Assembly: GCA_964561045.1 (NCBI GenBank)
Contig: CAZLOL010000001.1
Coordinates: 23,450 to 87,449 of the forward strand
Reading direction: 5' to 3'
Source of the DNA: an uncultured Ignavibacteriaceae bacterium
GTDB taxonomy: Bacteria > Bacteroidota > Ignavibacteria > Tepidaquicellales > Tepidaquicellaceae
Length of the DNA stretch: 64,000 nucleotides
In this document: in pieces, positions 34,545 through 44,786 of the stretch
Layout: each line of letters starts with the position of its first letter
How positions within the stretch are numbered: position 1 is the first letter of the stretch
Notes under the pieces: model-generated
Databases searched by the model: none
What the model saw: only the letters and a program-made list of their open reading frames with translations
What the model was told of the DNA's origin: nothing
Position numbers and translations under genes: made by a program

Positions 34545-35699
34545 TTGAAACTAAGATTATTAAAATTCGACACAATAAATCCCCAAATTTATTTAGACAA
34601 AAAAATAGAAGAGCACAAAGAACTTATCGGAAAGATGAGCAGAAAGGATTTGCTGGAATGGATCATTTCAACAAGGGGTAATTTTTCGGATTTTTATACA
34701 TACAATTTGAAAAAGCTGGGCTGGGAGACTGAAGAATTTTTTACAAATGATCATTACATTGACAAGGTTGCAGATGAAGTTTACGGCTCAGGAAAAAAAT
34801 ACAGGTATTTTGTTCAGTCTATCAGAAATAAAATAAAACCGGTCAAAGACAGAATAAAACTAAACGTGATACATGCTTATGTTGAAAAGTATAAACCGGA
34901 TGTGATACTTGTCAGAGAGCAGACAGGAATTCCAAGTTACTTCTGGAAAAGTTTCGACAGCAGTACTTTACTGGTGTCCAGACTTGCCGCACCGGTACCC
35001 AGGCACTGGTATCCATCTGACTGGGATCTCATACTTTCATCAACAGAAGCTTACAAAACTTTCTTTGAGCTCAATGGAGTTCCTACTTATATAAATCAAA
35101 ATGGATTTGATGAAAGAGTATTAGCTGAATTAAAAGATGAAGGAAAAAAATATGAAGTAACATTTGCTGGAGGATTAGGAGACAGATACTGGATTAAAAG
35201 GACAAAATGTTTTGAATTTGTTGCTGAAAATCTTGACTTCAAATGGTGGGGATACAATTACAATAAGAAATCCGCTGAAAATCATTTGAATAAAACATGG
35301 CAGGGACTTACATCAGGACTTGAAATGCTGCAGATCTATAAGAACTCAAAGATAGTTCTGAATGATTACGGACAAATAGCCGGCGGTGTAGGAGTTAATC
35401 AAAGATTATTTGAAACCTTAGGTGTAGGTACATTCCTGCTTACTCGGTATTCAGAAAATTTAGTTAAGCAATATCCTGCGAATATTTTTATGACCTTTAA
35501 AGATGAAAAAGATTGTGTGGACAAGGCAAAGTACTTTCTGAGCAACGGAGAAGAAAGAGAAGAGATAGCACTGGCAGGTCAGAAATTTGTACTGGAAAAT
35601 TTTAATTATGATATTCTGATGAAAGATCTCAATGAAGTTTTAAAAGAATCATATGAAAAAAAATTCAAACTAAATGGTAGAGCACATAAAAAACAATGA
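34545..35699 (+). CDS. CgeB-like glycosyltransferase (Glyco_trans_1_2-type C-terminal domain)
   Basis: TTG start with GGAG about 5 nt upstream. The C-terminus reads IVLNDYG...NQRLFETLGVGTFLLT...FKDEKDCVDKAKYFLSNGEEREEIALAGQKFVLENFNY. Confidence 0.5.
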   Translation: MKLRLLKFDTINPQIYLDKKIEEHKELIGKMSRKDLLEWIISTRGNFSDFYTYNLKKLGWETEEFFTNDHYIDKVADEVYGSGKKYRYFVQSIRNKIKPVKDRIKLNVIHAYVEKYKPDVILVREQTGIPSYFWKSFDSSTLLVSRLAAPVPRHWYPSDWDLILSSTEAYKTFFELNGVPTYINQNGFDERVLAELKDEGKKYEVTFAGGLGDRYWIKRTKCFEFVAENLDFKWWGYNYNKKSAENHLNKTWQGLTSGLEMLQIYKNSKIVLNDYGQIAGGVGVNQRLFETLGVGTFLLTRYSENLVKQYPANIFMTFKDEKDCVDKAKYFLSNGEEREEIALAGQKFVLENFNYDILMKDLNEVLKESYEKKFKLNGRAHKKQ

Positions 35700-36102
35700 C
35701 AGGCTTTTAGCTTTGATCATAAAAAATGATTTTAATAAGGAAGGAATTCATTTCTTTACTCCGAATGATCTGTCACAGCAGCTGGCTTACATGCACCACC
35801 CCGCAGGAAAAGTCATTGATCCGCATGTTCATAATCCTTTGCCCAGAGAAGTTCAATATACACAGGAAGTACTTTTTATAAAAAAAGGAAAACTTAGAGT
35901 TGATTTTTATGATGATAAGAAAATATATCTTGAAAGCAGGATCCTTGAAAAAGGCGATGTTATCCTGCTTGCAACAGGCGGTCATGGATTTGAAGTACTA
36001 GAAGAAATAGAAATGATAGAAGTAAAGCAGGGACCATATGCCGGTGATGAAGATAAGACAAGGTTTACAGGAATAAATAAGGATAAAACAATTGTAAAAT
36101 AG
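35674..36102 (+). CDS. Small cupin-fold protein (sugar isomerase/WbuC-like by context)
   Basis: 142 aa. Motifs HHPAGKVIDPHVHN ... EVLFIKKGKLRVDFYDD ... GDVILLATGGHGFEV. There is a 26-nt overlap with the upstream gene. Confidence 0.45.
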   Translation: MVEHIKNNDRLLALIIKNDFNKEGIHFFTPNDLSQQLAYMHHPAGKVIDPHVHNPLPREVQYTQEVLFIKKGKLRVDFYDDKKIYLESRILEKGDVILLATGGHGFEVLEEIEMIEVKQGPYAGDEDKTRFTGINKDKTIVK

Positions 36103-37218
36103 ATGAATGATTTTATACCGGTGAATGAGCCACTGCTGAACGGAAATGAAAAAAAATATCTTTCCGAATGTATTGATACGGGATGGATATCTTCAGAGGG
36201 TCCGTTTGTAAATAGACTCGAAGAAAGTTTCGCAAAACGGGTCGGCAGGAAATACGGGATAGCAGTCTGTAACGGAACAGCAGCACTGGAAGCTGCTGTG
36301 ATTGCAGTTGGGATAAAGAAAGGAGATGAAGTGATCATGCCTTCATTTACAATTATTTCCTGTGCATCTGCTGTAATCAGAGCAGGCGGTGTACCAGTGC
36401 TTGTTGATTCAGAACCGGAAACATGGAACATGAATACAGAACAGATTGAAAGCAAAATAACATCAAGAACAAAGGCGATAATGGCTGTTCATATTTACGG
36501 TATGCCGGTCGATATGAATCCTTTAATTCAGATAGCGGAAAAATATGAACTTAAGATAATTGAAGATGCAGCTGAACTGATAGGGCAGACTTATTTCGGC
36601 AAACAATGCGGAAGTTTTGGCGATGTAAGTACTTTCAGCTTTTATCCCAACAAGCATATTACAACAGGAGAAGGAGGAATGATCGTAACTGACAGTGAGG
36701 AGATAGCTGAAAGATGCAGGTCACTTCGCAATTTGTGTTTCAAGCCGGAGAAGAGATTTGTACATGATGAATTAGGATTTAATTTCAGAATGACAAATTT
36801 ACAGGCAGCATTGGGAGTTGCACAGATGGAAAGGCTGGATGAATTCATTGATATAAAAAGGAGAAACGGCGAATTGTATTATGAAGGGCTTAAAGATGTT
36901 CCGTACATTGAACTTCCTTTAAGGAAAAATGAATACTCAGAAAACATATACTGGGTGTATGGGATTGTTTTAAAAGGGGATGCCGGCATAAATGCTGAAC
37001 AGGCGATGAGGAAATTAAACGGGAAAAAAATCGGAACCCGTCCGTTCTTTTATCCAATGCATCTTCAGCCGGTTTTTATGAAAATGGGATTCTTTAAGAA
37101 TGAATCTTATCAGGTGTCTGAAAAAATATCCGAATACGGATTTTATATACCAAGCGGTCTGGCACTTTCGAAAGAGCAGATAGAAATTACAATAGATGCT
37201 GTAAAAAAATTATTATAA
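36103..37218 (+). CDS. DegT/DnrJ/EryC1/StrS family sugar aminotransferase
   Basis: Motifs CNGTAALEAAV and FSFYPNKHITTGEGGMIVTD. The ATG abuts the upstream stop. Confidence 0.9.
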   Translation: MNDFIPVNEPLLNGNEKKYLSECIDTGWISSEGPFVNRLEESFAKRVGRKYGIAVCNGTAALEAAVIAVGIKKGDEVIMPSFTIISCASAVIRAGGVPVLVDSEPETWNMNTEQIESKITSRTKAIMAVHIYGMPVDMNPLIQIAEKYELKIIEDAAELIGQTYFGKQCGSFGDVSTFSFYPNKHITTGEGGMIVTDSEEIAERCRSLRNLCFKPEKRFVHDELGFNFRMTNLQAALGVAQMERLDEFIDIKRRNGELYYEGLKDVPYIELPLRKNEYSENIYWVYGIVLKGDAGINAEQAMRKLNGKKIGTRPFFYPMHLQPVFMKMGFFKNESYQVSEKISEYGFYIPSGLALSKEQIEITIDAVKKLL

Positions 37219-37241
37219 AATATATTAATTTAAAAATAAAA

Positions 37242-38246
37242 ATGAATATAGGGATAATCGGATTTGGATACTGGGGAACAAATCTTGTAAGGAATTTTGC
37301 CAGTCTAAAAAATGTAAATTTAAAAATGGTTGTTGATTCCAGAAAAGAACGTGAAGCTGCATTATCGAAACTATGTCCGGCTGCAGCATTTTCAGCTTCA
37401 GCAGATGACATTATTAACAATCCTGAAATTGATGCATTGGTAATTGCTACTCCTGTATTTTCACACTTTGATCTAGCATTAAAAGCTCTTCAAAACGACA
37501 AGCACGTTTTGATAGAAAAGCCGATGGTATCTAGTACGGATCAGGCAAAGAAATTAATTGATCTTGCTGATAAAAAAAATAAAGTCCTGATGGTAGATCA
37601 TACGTTCCTTTATACAGGAGCAGTTCAGAAAATGAAATCATTGATAGACAGCGGTGACATAGGTATTATAAAATATTTTGATTCTACAAGGATTAATTTA
37701 GGGCTCTTTCAGCCAGATGTAAATGTTCTCTGGGATCTTGCGCCTCATGACATTTCAATACTCAATTATCTAGTTAATGAAAAGCCTTACAGTGTAAATG
37801 CAAACGGAGTATCACATACAAACAACGGTATAGAGAATATTGCATACATTAATGTAAATTATAACTCAGGATTTATTGCACACTTCAGCTGTTCATGGAG
37901 CTCGCCTGTAAAGATCAGAATGATGCTGATCGGAGGTGACAAAAAAATGATAGTATTCAATGACATAGAGCCGACCGAAAAAATAAAAGTTTATGATACA
38001 GGCTACGATCACAAGACAGACGAAGATAAAAAGAAAGTGCTTGTAGATTACAGGACAGGAGACATCTACACGCCTAAGTTAGATCCTAAAGAAGCTCTAT
38101 CAGGGATGGCATCAGATTTTGTTTCAGCAATTGTTAACGGGCATAAGCCAATTTCCGATTTTGATTCCGGTCTTGAGGTAATAAAGATCCTTGAAGCATC
38201 ACAGGAATCAATAAAGAATTCCGGCAGAGAAGTGCTGATCAAATAA
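37242..38246 (+). CDS. Gfo/Idh/MocA family oxidoreductase, copy 3 (WbpB-like nucleotide-sugar dehydrogenase by context)
   Basis: Motifs MNIGIIGFGYWGTNLVRNF and LIEKPM. It lies next to an aminotransferase. Confidence 0.8.
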   Translation: MNIGIIGFGYWGTNLVRNFASLKNVNLKMVVDSRKEREAALSKLCPAAAFSASADDIINNPEIDALVIATPVFSHFDLALKALQNDKHVLIEKPMVSSTDQAKKLIDLADKKNKVLMVDHTFLYTGAVQKMKSLIDSGDIGIIKYFDSTRINLGLFQPDVNVLWDLAPHDISILNYLVNEKPYSVNANGVSHTNNGIENIAYINVNYNSGFIAHFSCSWSSPVKIRMMLIGGDKKMIVFNDIEPTEKIKVYDTGYDHKTDEDKKKVLVDYRTGDIYTPKLDPKEALSGMASDFVSAIVNGHKPISDFDSGLEVIKILEASQESIKNSGREVLIK

Positions 38247-38320
38247 ATATTCAGACATATATCCGGATTGTTATATGTATATGCCGGAATAAATTAAATA
38301 ATAATCCAAAAATATTCTGT

Positions 38321-39841
38321 ATGATTGAAAAAAGGAAGAATATATTTCATTATTTCTGGGAGTATCCTCAGTACAGCATGCTGGCACTTATAGCAGTCTG
38401 GTCGTTTTTTTATTTTTTTTACGGATATGTTTTATCTGTAAATGACGGGTTCGGATATGACGGAAACTATTACGGGACAACTGCTAAAAAATTCTATCAG
38501 CAGGTATTCGGAGGGGAGCTGACATTTTACAGGATACAGAGAATATTTCCGTCCTTTATAATGAGCTGTCTGCTGACAATTCTTAACTTACCAAAGGAAA
38601 ACTATTATGTCGTTAAACTCTGGCAGATTTATCACATGGTTCTGCTTCAGGTTTGCGTGCTAATATGGATAAGGATCGCAAACATGTACAAACTGGATCT
38701 GAGATATATCTGGCTGGGATTTTTTCTTGGTTTTGTAAATTTTGCAAATGTAATGGTAACATTCTGGTATCCGGTATTAACAGATCTGACAGCTTTTACT
38801 TTAGGTTTTTTATTATTGTATTTTCATCTTAAAAATAATTTAACAGGAAAAATAATTATATCGATCTTAGGAGCATTGACCTGGCCAAGTTTTATGTATT
38901 ACGGGATATTAATGATTATTTTTCCAATGAATTCTAATGTAGTCTTTTCTGAAAAATATGAGAAACATAAAATTAACATGTTAGCTTTCCTGATCCCGCT
39001 GCCGTTCCTTGCTTTGAGCTCATATTACATCTATAAGTATATGGCGTTTGGCCAGTTGTTTCCATATGTGAAAAAAGCTGTACCGTTTATAGATTCATTA
39101 TTATTCATTGCCTCTGTTTTGAATTATATACTCATGGTATATATATTCAGAATATTCCTGCCATCATTTAATATTTCAAAATATTTTCAGTTTGTAAAGA
39201 ATTTAATTTCAGGAATTAAACTTAAGCATGTATTAATCAGTGCGGTGATGTATGCCATTGTATTCATACCTTTAAAATATCTGAGTAATCCAGAAGCCGG
39301 GGGACAGAGTTCTTCTTTTATGAAAGTATTCTATTGCATTTCACTGTACAGTACTCTCAAACCTTTAGGGTATATTATTGTAGCAATAACCTGCTATGGT
39401 CCGCTATTTATAATGATGTATTTTTTCATGAGCAGATACAAAGAAATAATAGAGAGTTTTGGATTCGGTGTACTGGTTTCATTTATAATTACTGTTTTGC
39501 TGATGTTTACATCTGAGACCAGATTAGTTTCAAATTTTATTCCATTCATTTTATTGTTCACTATACTGGTATTAAAGGAAATGAACATGAGTAATAGACT
39601 CTTCGGCGTACTTATTGTGTTCTCGTTTATACTTTCAAAAATGTACATTTCTCTGGACGGAATACCGATCGAAAGTCAGTCAGCATATGATTTTCCGAAC
39701 CAGCTTGCTTTTATGAACACATTTACTTTCTCAAACCTTGCTTATTACATTCAGCTTCCGGTCATCGCATTAATGTCAGTAATAGTAATTTACTTAGGAA
39801 AAAAAGATATTCAGGCAAGTATGAATACAGAAAGCAAATAA
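38321..39841 (+). CDS. Polytopic integral membrane protein, GT-C-like (ArnT/PMT_2-like) or polymerase-like
   Basis: 506 aa with at least 10 hydrophobic segments and no soluble domain. The first loop after TM1 is acidic (SVNDGFGYDGNYYG), as in GT-C enzymes. Confidence 0.4.
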   Translation: MIEKRKNIFHYFWEYPQYSMLALIAVWSFFYFFYGYVLSVNDGFGYDGNYYGTTAKKFYQQVFGGELTFYRIQRIFPSFIMSCLLTILNLPKENYYVVKLWQIYHMVLLQVCVLIWIRIANMYKLDLRYIWLGFFLGFVNFANVMVTFWYPVLTDLTAFTLGFLLLYFHLKNNLTGKIIISILGALTWPSFMYYGILMIIFPMNSNVVFSEKYEKHKINMLAFLIPLPFLALSSYYIYKYMAFGQLFPYVKKAVPFIDSLLFIASVLNYILMVYIFRIFLPSFNISKYFQFVKNLISGIKLKHVLISAVMYAIVFIPLKYLSNPEAGGQSSSFMKVFYCISLYSTLKPLGYIIVAITCYGPLFIMMYFFMSRYKEIIESFGFGVLVSFIITVLLMFTSETRLVSNFIPFILLFTILVLKEMNMSNRLFGVLIVFSFILSKMYISLDGIPIESQSAYDFPNQLAFMNTFTFSNLAYYIQLPVIALMSVIVIYLGKKDIQASMNTESK

Positions 39842-39888
39842 ATGAATACCCGAAATAATTTTCTTTCTTTTTATTAAAATAAGAAACT

Positions 39889-40821
39889 ATGAGCAGGTTT
39901 TCATTTATCGGAGGAACAAAAAGGGGATATAAACTTCTGAGTGCTTTAATCGAAAAAAAATACTTTCCTGTTTTTGCAGTCATATTAAAAGAAGACGAGC
40001 ACGAAAAAGAAAAATTTTCTGTGAAAATCTCAGAGCTTCTTAAAGACAGAGGCATTCCATTTCAGATCAGAAAAAAGCTGTCAGAATCAGATTACAAAGA
40101 AATCGAGAATTCAAACTCCGATTTTGTAATTGTGTTTGGATGGCGAACACTTATAGACACTAAAGTAAATTCATATTTGAAAACGGGGCTTATAGCTTCG
40201 CATTTTTCACTTCTGCCAAAGTACAGAGGTTTTGCTCCGGTACAGTGGGCTATGATAAATGGAGAGACCGAGTCCGGTGTTACACTGTTTTTGATCAATG
40301 ACGGAGAAATTGATTCCGGGAAGATAATTTCTCAGATAAAAGTATCTATAGCATCCGGTGATTATTCGGCTGATGTGGATTTAAAAATGACAGAGGGAGC
40401 AATTGAATTATTCCTGAAGCTCTTTAATGAAATAGAGTCCAACTGTATTACGTACAAAGAACAAAATGAAGCGGATGCAACATACACATGTCGACGAATT
40501 CCTGAAGACGGCAAAATATTTTGGAATAAATCATCGGCTGATATTTTTAATCTGATAAGAGCTGTTGCTCATCCAAACCCCGGAGCTTTCTGTTTTTTCG
40601 ATGGAAATAAGTATATAATTAACAAAGCCAGAACAGGGGATATGAATGATAAAGTATTTTCAGGATGCATTCCCGGAAGAGTAATTAAAATTGATAATGA
40701 AGGAGTGGAAATTTTATGCAGCTCCGGGACAATAAAAATTACAGAATGGGAAGACACAGTTACAGGTTTAGTTTCAAATCCAAATGTTGTAATAAAGTCT
40801 ATTACAGTTACAATAAAATAA
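39889..40821 (+). CDS. Formyltransferase (Fmt/ArnA-N-like, with C-terminal Fmt-type domain)
   Basis: The core motif SHFSLLPKYRGFAPVQWAMINGETESGVTLFLINDGEIDSGKII is HxSLLPxxRG...D. About 100 aa of C-terminal domain follow. Confidence 0.75.
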   Translation: MSRFSFIGGTKRGYKLLSALIEKKYFPVFAVILKEDEHEKEKFSVKISELLKDRGIPFQIRKKLSESDYKEIENSNSDFVIVFGWRTLIDTKVNSYLKTGLIASHFSLLPKYRGFAPVQWAMINGETESGVTLFLINDGEIDSGKIISQIKVSIASGDYSADVDLKMTEGAIELFLKLFNEIESNCITYKEQNEADATYTCRRIPEDGKIFWNKSSADIFNLIRAVAHPNPGAFCFFDGNKYIINKARTGDMNDKVFSGCIPGRVIKIDNEGVEILCSSGTIKITEWEDTVTGLVSNPNVVIKSITVTIK

Positions 40822-40852
40822 TGTTTTCATTATGAATAAAGTGAGATAACAG

Positions 40853-41890
40853 TTGAGAAAGGTTTTATATAAAATAAAAAAGCAGATAGATGAACTTGCT
40901 TTGAATTTATCAGATAAAGTTCTTTTAACTGAAGCTGCATCGGGACCATATATTGTTACATCAATTTTCGGTGCCTTAGCAGGAGCAAAAGTATTTGCTT
41001 TTGCAAAAGATTCAAGATATGGATCTGCAAGCAAAGTTTTTGATACTAACAGAAAAATACTAAAAGATCTGAAGCTTGAATTAGATATTATCTACATAGA
41101 CAGACTTGACAGCAGCATTATTTCAGAAGCAGACATCATAACTAATTCAGGGCATCTCAGACCACTCAACAGGAATATACTTCAGCATGTAAAAAAAGGA
41201 TGTGTAATTCCTTTAATGTATGAATCCTGGGAGCTTCGGGAATCTGATCTGGATATTGAATACTGCAAGGAAAATAGTATTCCTGTTGGAGCTACTAATG
41301 AACGGCATCCGGATATAAATGTTTTCAGCTATCTTGGTGATATGGCAATAAAGCAGATATTAGATTCCGGAGTCTGTCTTTATGAAAACAGTTTTGTTCT
41401 GATCAGCAACAATCAATTTGGTCCATACATTGCAAAGACACTGAGTAAAGTCTGTAAAAATCTCGGAGTAATTGATTTGCAAGAGAGAAGAGGAGCTTAT
41501 GAAGACAACATTGACTGGCTATCGGATTTTCCGGAGATAAAAATATCAGATAAGTACAAAGACTGTGAAGCAATAATATTCACTGCATATCCTTTTGACA
41601 TAAGCTGGATCGGCGAAGAACGAAGCGTAATTCCGGTATCAAGGCTGTTCACAGAATTCAATGATCCGTATCTTCTGAGATTTGCGGGTGATATTGATTC
41701 TGTAATATCTGATGACAAAGGTTTGAAGTATTTCCCCGGGAAAGTACAGAGCGGTCATATGGGAGTTCTTCCTTCTGACATCGGATTTGATCCTGTAATA
41801 AAACTTCAGTCAGGAGGATTAAAAGCGGGTGAATTAATGCTTCAGGGAAAAACGGAATATAAAGATGAAATACTTGTGGATTTATTATAA
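40853..41890 (+). CDS. Hypothetical protein (no family recognised)
   Basis: TTG start, 345 aa, soluble-looking. Possible nucleotide-binding-like stretch LLTEAASGPYIVTSIFGALAGAKVFAF. Confidence 0.3.
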   Translation: MRKVLYKIKKQIDELALNLSDKVLLTEAASGPYIVTSIFGALAGAKVFAFAKDSRYGSASKVFDTNRKILKDLKLELDIIYIDRLDSSIISEADIITNSGHLRPLNRNILQHVKKGCVIPLMYESWELRESDLDIEYCKENSIPVGATNERHPDINVFSYLGDMAIKQILDSGVCLYENSFVLISNNQFGPYIAKTLSKVCKNLGVIDLQERRGAYEDNIDWLSDFPEIKISDKYKDCEAIIFTAYPFDISWIGEERSVIPVSRLFTEFNDPYLLRFAGDIDSVISDDKGLKYFPGKVQSGHMGVLPSDIGFDPVIKLQSGGLKAGELMLQGKTEYKDEILVDLL

Positions 41891-41896
41891 TTATTA

Positions 41897-42898
41897 ATGG
41901 CAGATTTTAAAGTTGAAATATTAAGAGAGAATACTGAGGATAAGGAGCTTGAATCATTTTTGAGTAATTCACAGAACTGTACGATCTTCCACAGACCTTT
42001 GTTTTTAGCTTACCATGATAAATCTAAGTTCACCTCTATGAAAGAATTCTCTTTTCGTCACTTTGTTTTCAGGAATGAAAAAAATAATATTACAGCTTTT
42101 ATTCCAGGGGCTGAATATCTGTCCGGGGAAAACAAGAAGATATTCAAGACACCATTCTATTCTTCATACGGAGGAATGGTATATGATACAAAACTTAAGT
42201 TTGATGTTTTTGAAAAAATCATAGATCTGTTTCTTGACAATCTCAGAGCAGATAACATTAGCGAGATATTTTTTGCTCAGACTGCTGACTGCTATTGCGG
42301 TGATCAAAGTGAAAAGAATAATTACATAAGCTATATACTGAAATTAAAAGGATTCGATCTGATAAATATTGAATTGATTCTGGTAAAAAAGACTGAGGGG
42401 GATCTTACGGGAAATTTTCACAGTACTATTCAAAGGCAGATTAAACAGGCATTGAAGAATGATCTTGTTTTTAAAGCTGAAAAAGAAATCCTGTACGAAT
42501 CATACAAACTTCTGGAAAAAAGTCAGGCCAGACTAGGAGGTAAGCCGACACACAGTTTTGAGGAACTAAAAATAATTCAGGATTTATTTCCGGAAAACAT
42601 TATAACCTTTTCAACTTTACGAAAAGATAAAGTCATATCGGGCATAATAGGAATACTGGGAAATCAAAATACTTTAAACACATTTTACATCTATGATGAT
42701 GAAGAACAGAGAGAGCTCAAAGGTATGCAGTTCACTTACTATAATGTATTGAACTGGGCAAAGGACAGAAATATTAAGTACGTTGATTTCGGTCCGGCTA
42801 CTTTCGGACTCAAACCTCATTACTCTCTTATAAATTATAAAGAAAAGTATGGCAGCATTCCTATGCTGAGAAATACATATTTTGTAAAGTATGAGTAA
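41897..42898 (+). CDS. FemAB-like / Acetyltransf_6 (CelD/BioF2-like) GNAT-fold acyl- or aminoacyl-transferase
   Basis: The N-terminal NCTIFHRPLFLAYH and the C-terminal TFYIYDDEEQRELKGMQFTYYNVLNWAKDRNIKYVDFGPAT match that family's pattern. Confidence 0.5.
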   Translation: MADFKVEILRENTEDKELESFLSNSQNCTIFHRPLFLAYHDKSKFTSMKEFSFRHFVFRNEKNNITAFIPGAEYLSGENKKIFKTPFYSSYGGMVYDTKLKFDVFEKIIDLFLDNLRADNISEIFFAQTADCYCGDQSEKNNYISYILKLKGFDLINIELILVKKTEGDLTGNFHSTIQRQIKQALKNDLVFKAEKEILYESYKLLEKSQARLGGKPTHSFEELKIIQDLFPENIITFSTLRKDKVISGIIGILGNQNTLNTFYIYDDEEQRELKGMQFTYYNVLNWAKDRNIKYVDFGPATFGLKPHYSLINYKEKYGSIPMLRNTYFVKYE

Positions 42899-43799
42899 AA
42901 AGAGCATAATTATATTAGGCGGAAGCACACTGGCATTGGAGATAGGAAAGCAGATTTATGATTCCAAAAAACTGGACCTGACAGGTTTTATAAAAGAGAA
43001 AAATGAGGATGTGCTTGACGGTTTTACTCAATTTGATCTGGGAGCAGAAATTGACATTTTAAACAAATTGAAACCTGATCTGTGTCTAGCTCTTGATTAT
43101 CACAAAATTATTCCAGCCAGAATAATTAGTTCTTTCAGAATTATAAATTCACACGGAGGAATACTTCCTGATAACAGAGGCTATCACACGCTTGGCTGGG
43201 GTTTCATTAATGGTTACAAAGAGTTAGGCTATACTCTTCATTTAATGGATGAAGGATTAGACAGCGGGGATATAATATATACATTCAGGTACACTGTTAA
43301 AAAGAAAACGACATTTACAGATGTCAAAAACGCAATTGATCTGGATCAGAAAAAAAATATTGTCAGAGTTATTGGTGACTATGTTAACGGTAAAATTAAA
43401 ACCACCAGACAGAAAACAAAATATCCGAAATATTTTTCCAAACGAAATATTTCGGACTGCATGATCGACTGGAATAATGAAGCCGTATTCATTGAAAGAT
43501 TCATAAGAGCTTTATCAATACCTGCAGGACCCGGTGCATTTACATTGTATAATAATAAACTCCTGACCGTTCTTACTTCTGAAATATATCCATGTGAAGA
43601 TTATATCGAAGTTCCGGGACATGTTGTTTATAAAACAAATGAACGAATTCTGGTAAAGACAAAAGACAAATGCATCTGGATAGAAGATGTTATTTACAAC
43701 AATGTAAAATCCAAGGCAGGCAGTGTGATCAGAAAAAACGGAGTTCGTCTGGGGTTAAACATTACCGAAGAAATACTCAAAGAAAGGAAGATCATTTAA
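42891..43799 (+). CDS. Formyltransferase family protein, second copy
   Basis: Core motif IINSHGGILPDNRGYHTLGWGFINGYKELGYTLHLMDEGLDSGDII. There is an 8-nt overlap with the upstream gene. Confidence 0.7.
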   Translation: MSKKSIIILGGSTLALEIGKQIYDSKKLDLTGFIKEKNEDVLDGFTQFDLGAEIDILNKLKPDLCLALDYHKIIPARIISSFRIINSHGGILPDNRGYHTLGWGFINGYKELGYTLHLMDEGLDSGDIIYTFRYTVKKKTTFTDVKNAIDLDQKKNIVRVIGDYVNGKIKTTRQKTKYPKYFSKRNISDCMIDWNNEAVFIERFIRALSIPAGPGAFTLYNNKLLTVLTSEIYPCEDYIEVPGHVVYKTNERILVKTKDKCIWIEDVIYNNVKSKAGSVIRKNGVRLGLNITEEILKERKII

Positions 43800-44767
43800 T
43801 GGAAAAGATAACTGTAATAATACCCTTTCTGAATGAGGAGGAGAATTTAAGACTGGCTGAAGAGCTTTTGTATAAACCCTTGTCTGTAAATAATTTTAAA
43901 TATGAGATAATATTTGTTAATGACGGCGGCACGGATGATTCCGAAAATGTGCTGAGAGCAATTGATCCTGATAAATATCCGAACATAAGTTCGAAGATAA
44001 TAAGGTTTTCAAAGAATTTCGGATCACATGCAGCGATATTTTCAGGGATAAAAAATTCAACCGGGGATTATGTAACGGTTTTGTCCGGAGATTTTCAGGA
44101 CAATGCATCAGTCATAAATAAAATGTATGATGAATCCAAAAAGGGATTTGACATTGTATTTCCATTAAGGGAGATATCCGGTCAGAACATCTTAGTCCGG
44201 ATGTTTTCAAACATGTATGCAACTTTAATAAGAAAGATTGCAATCAAGAACTATCCCAATAAGAATTTCGATTTGTTTTTTATAAACAGGAAAGCAGCAG
44301 ATCATGTAATAGAGACCTATGAAATCAACACCTCTCTTTTTCTTGATATTATGAACATAGGATTCAGACAGTCTTTTATTCATTACGAGAGAGAAAACCG
44401 GAAAAGCGGAAAATCCAAATGGACATTTTCAAAGAAAGTAAAATTGATGATAGACTCAGTTATAGGCTTTTCATATACACCTATAAGGCTTGTTACATTA
44501 GTTGGTCTCATTTTTCTGATGACAGGAATCATATGGTCTTTAATAATAGTACTCAGGAAAATACTTTTTAATGATATAGCTCAGGGGTGGACACTAATGT
44601 CATCGATATTATTTCTCGGATTCGGAATCACAAATCTGTCTTTGGGGATAATAGCTGAGTATCTGTGGCGTACACTGGATGCAAGCAGGAACAGGCCATT
44701 ATATATCATAGATGAAATTATTGATCTCAACGGGGTCAAAAATAAATTAATTAAAAGTCAGGAATAA
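43799..44767 (+). CDS. GT2 polyprenyl-phosphate glycosyltransferase (ArnC/GtrB/DPM1-like), copy 1
   Basis: The ORF-track N-terminal extension (43670) overlaps the upstream gene. ATG 43799, within a TAATG overlap, gives MEKITVIIPFLNEEENL. Motifs VNDGGTDDS, RFSKNFGSHAAIFSG and SGDFQD are present. There are two C-terminal TM helices and an RPLYIIDE tail. Confidence 0.8.
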   Translation: MEKITVIIPFLNEEENLRLAEELLYKPLSVNNFKYEIIFVNDGGTDDSENVLRAIDPDKYPNISSKIIRFSKNFGSHAAIFSGIKNSTGDYVTVLSGDFQDNASVINKMYDESKKGFDIVFPLREISGQNILVRMFSNMYATLIRKIAIKNYPNKNFDLFFINRKAADHVIETYEINTSLFLDIMNIGFRQSFIHYERENRKSGKSKWTFSKKVKLMIDSVIGFSYTPIRLVTLVGLIFLMTGIIWSLIIVLRKILFNDIAQGWTLMSSILFLGFGITNLSLGIIAEYLWRTLDASRNRPLYIIDEIIDLNGVKNKLIKSQE

Positions 44768-44786
44768 ACAATTATAAAATAATAAT

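Noticed and set aside
35982-36455. 157-aa minus-strand ORF. Similar long antisense ORFs lie at 24149..24604 (151 aa) and 14598..15059 (153 aa).
   Set aside because: They lie fully antisense to plus-strand genes with strong family motifs (DegT aminotransferase, Fe-ADH/TagF-like, GNAT/amidotransferase). Their translations are low-complexity (Ser/Phe/Ile-rich) with no motifs. These are shadow ORFs, typical of AT-rich DNA.
38247-38320. A 74-bp spacer with short AT palindromes (catata/tatatg, ccgg...ccgg) before the GT-C-like gene, considered as a terminator or operator.
   Set aside because: The stems are 6 bp or less and AT-only, with no flanking T-run. It is indistinguishable from background in AT-rich DNA.
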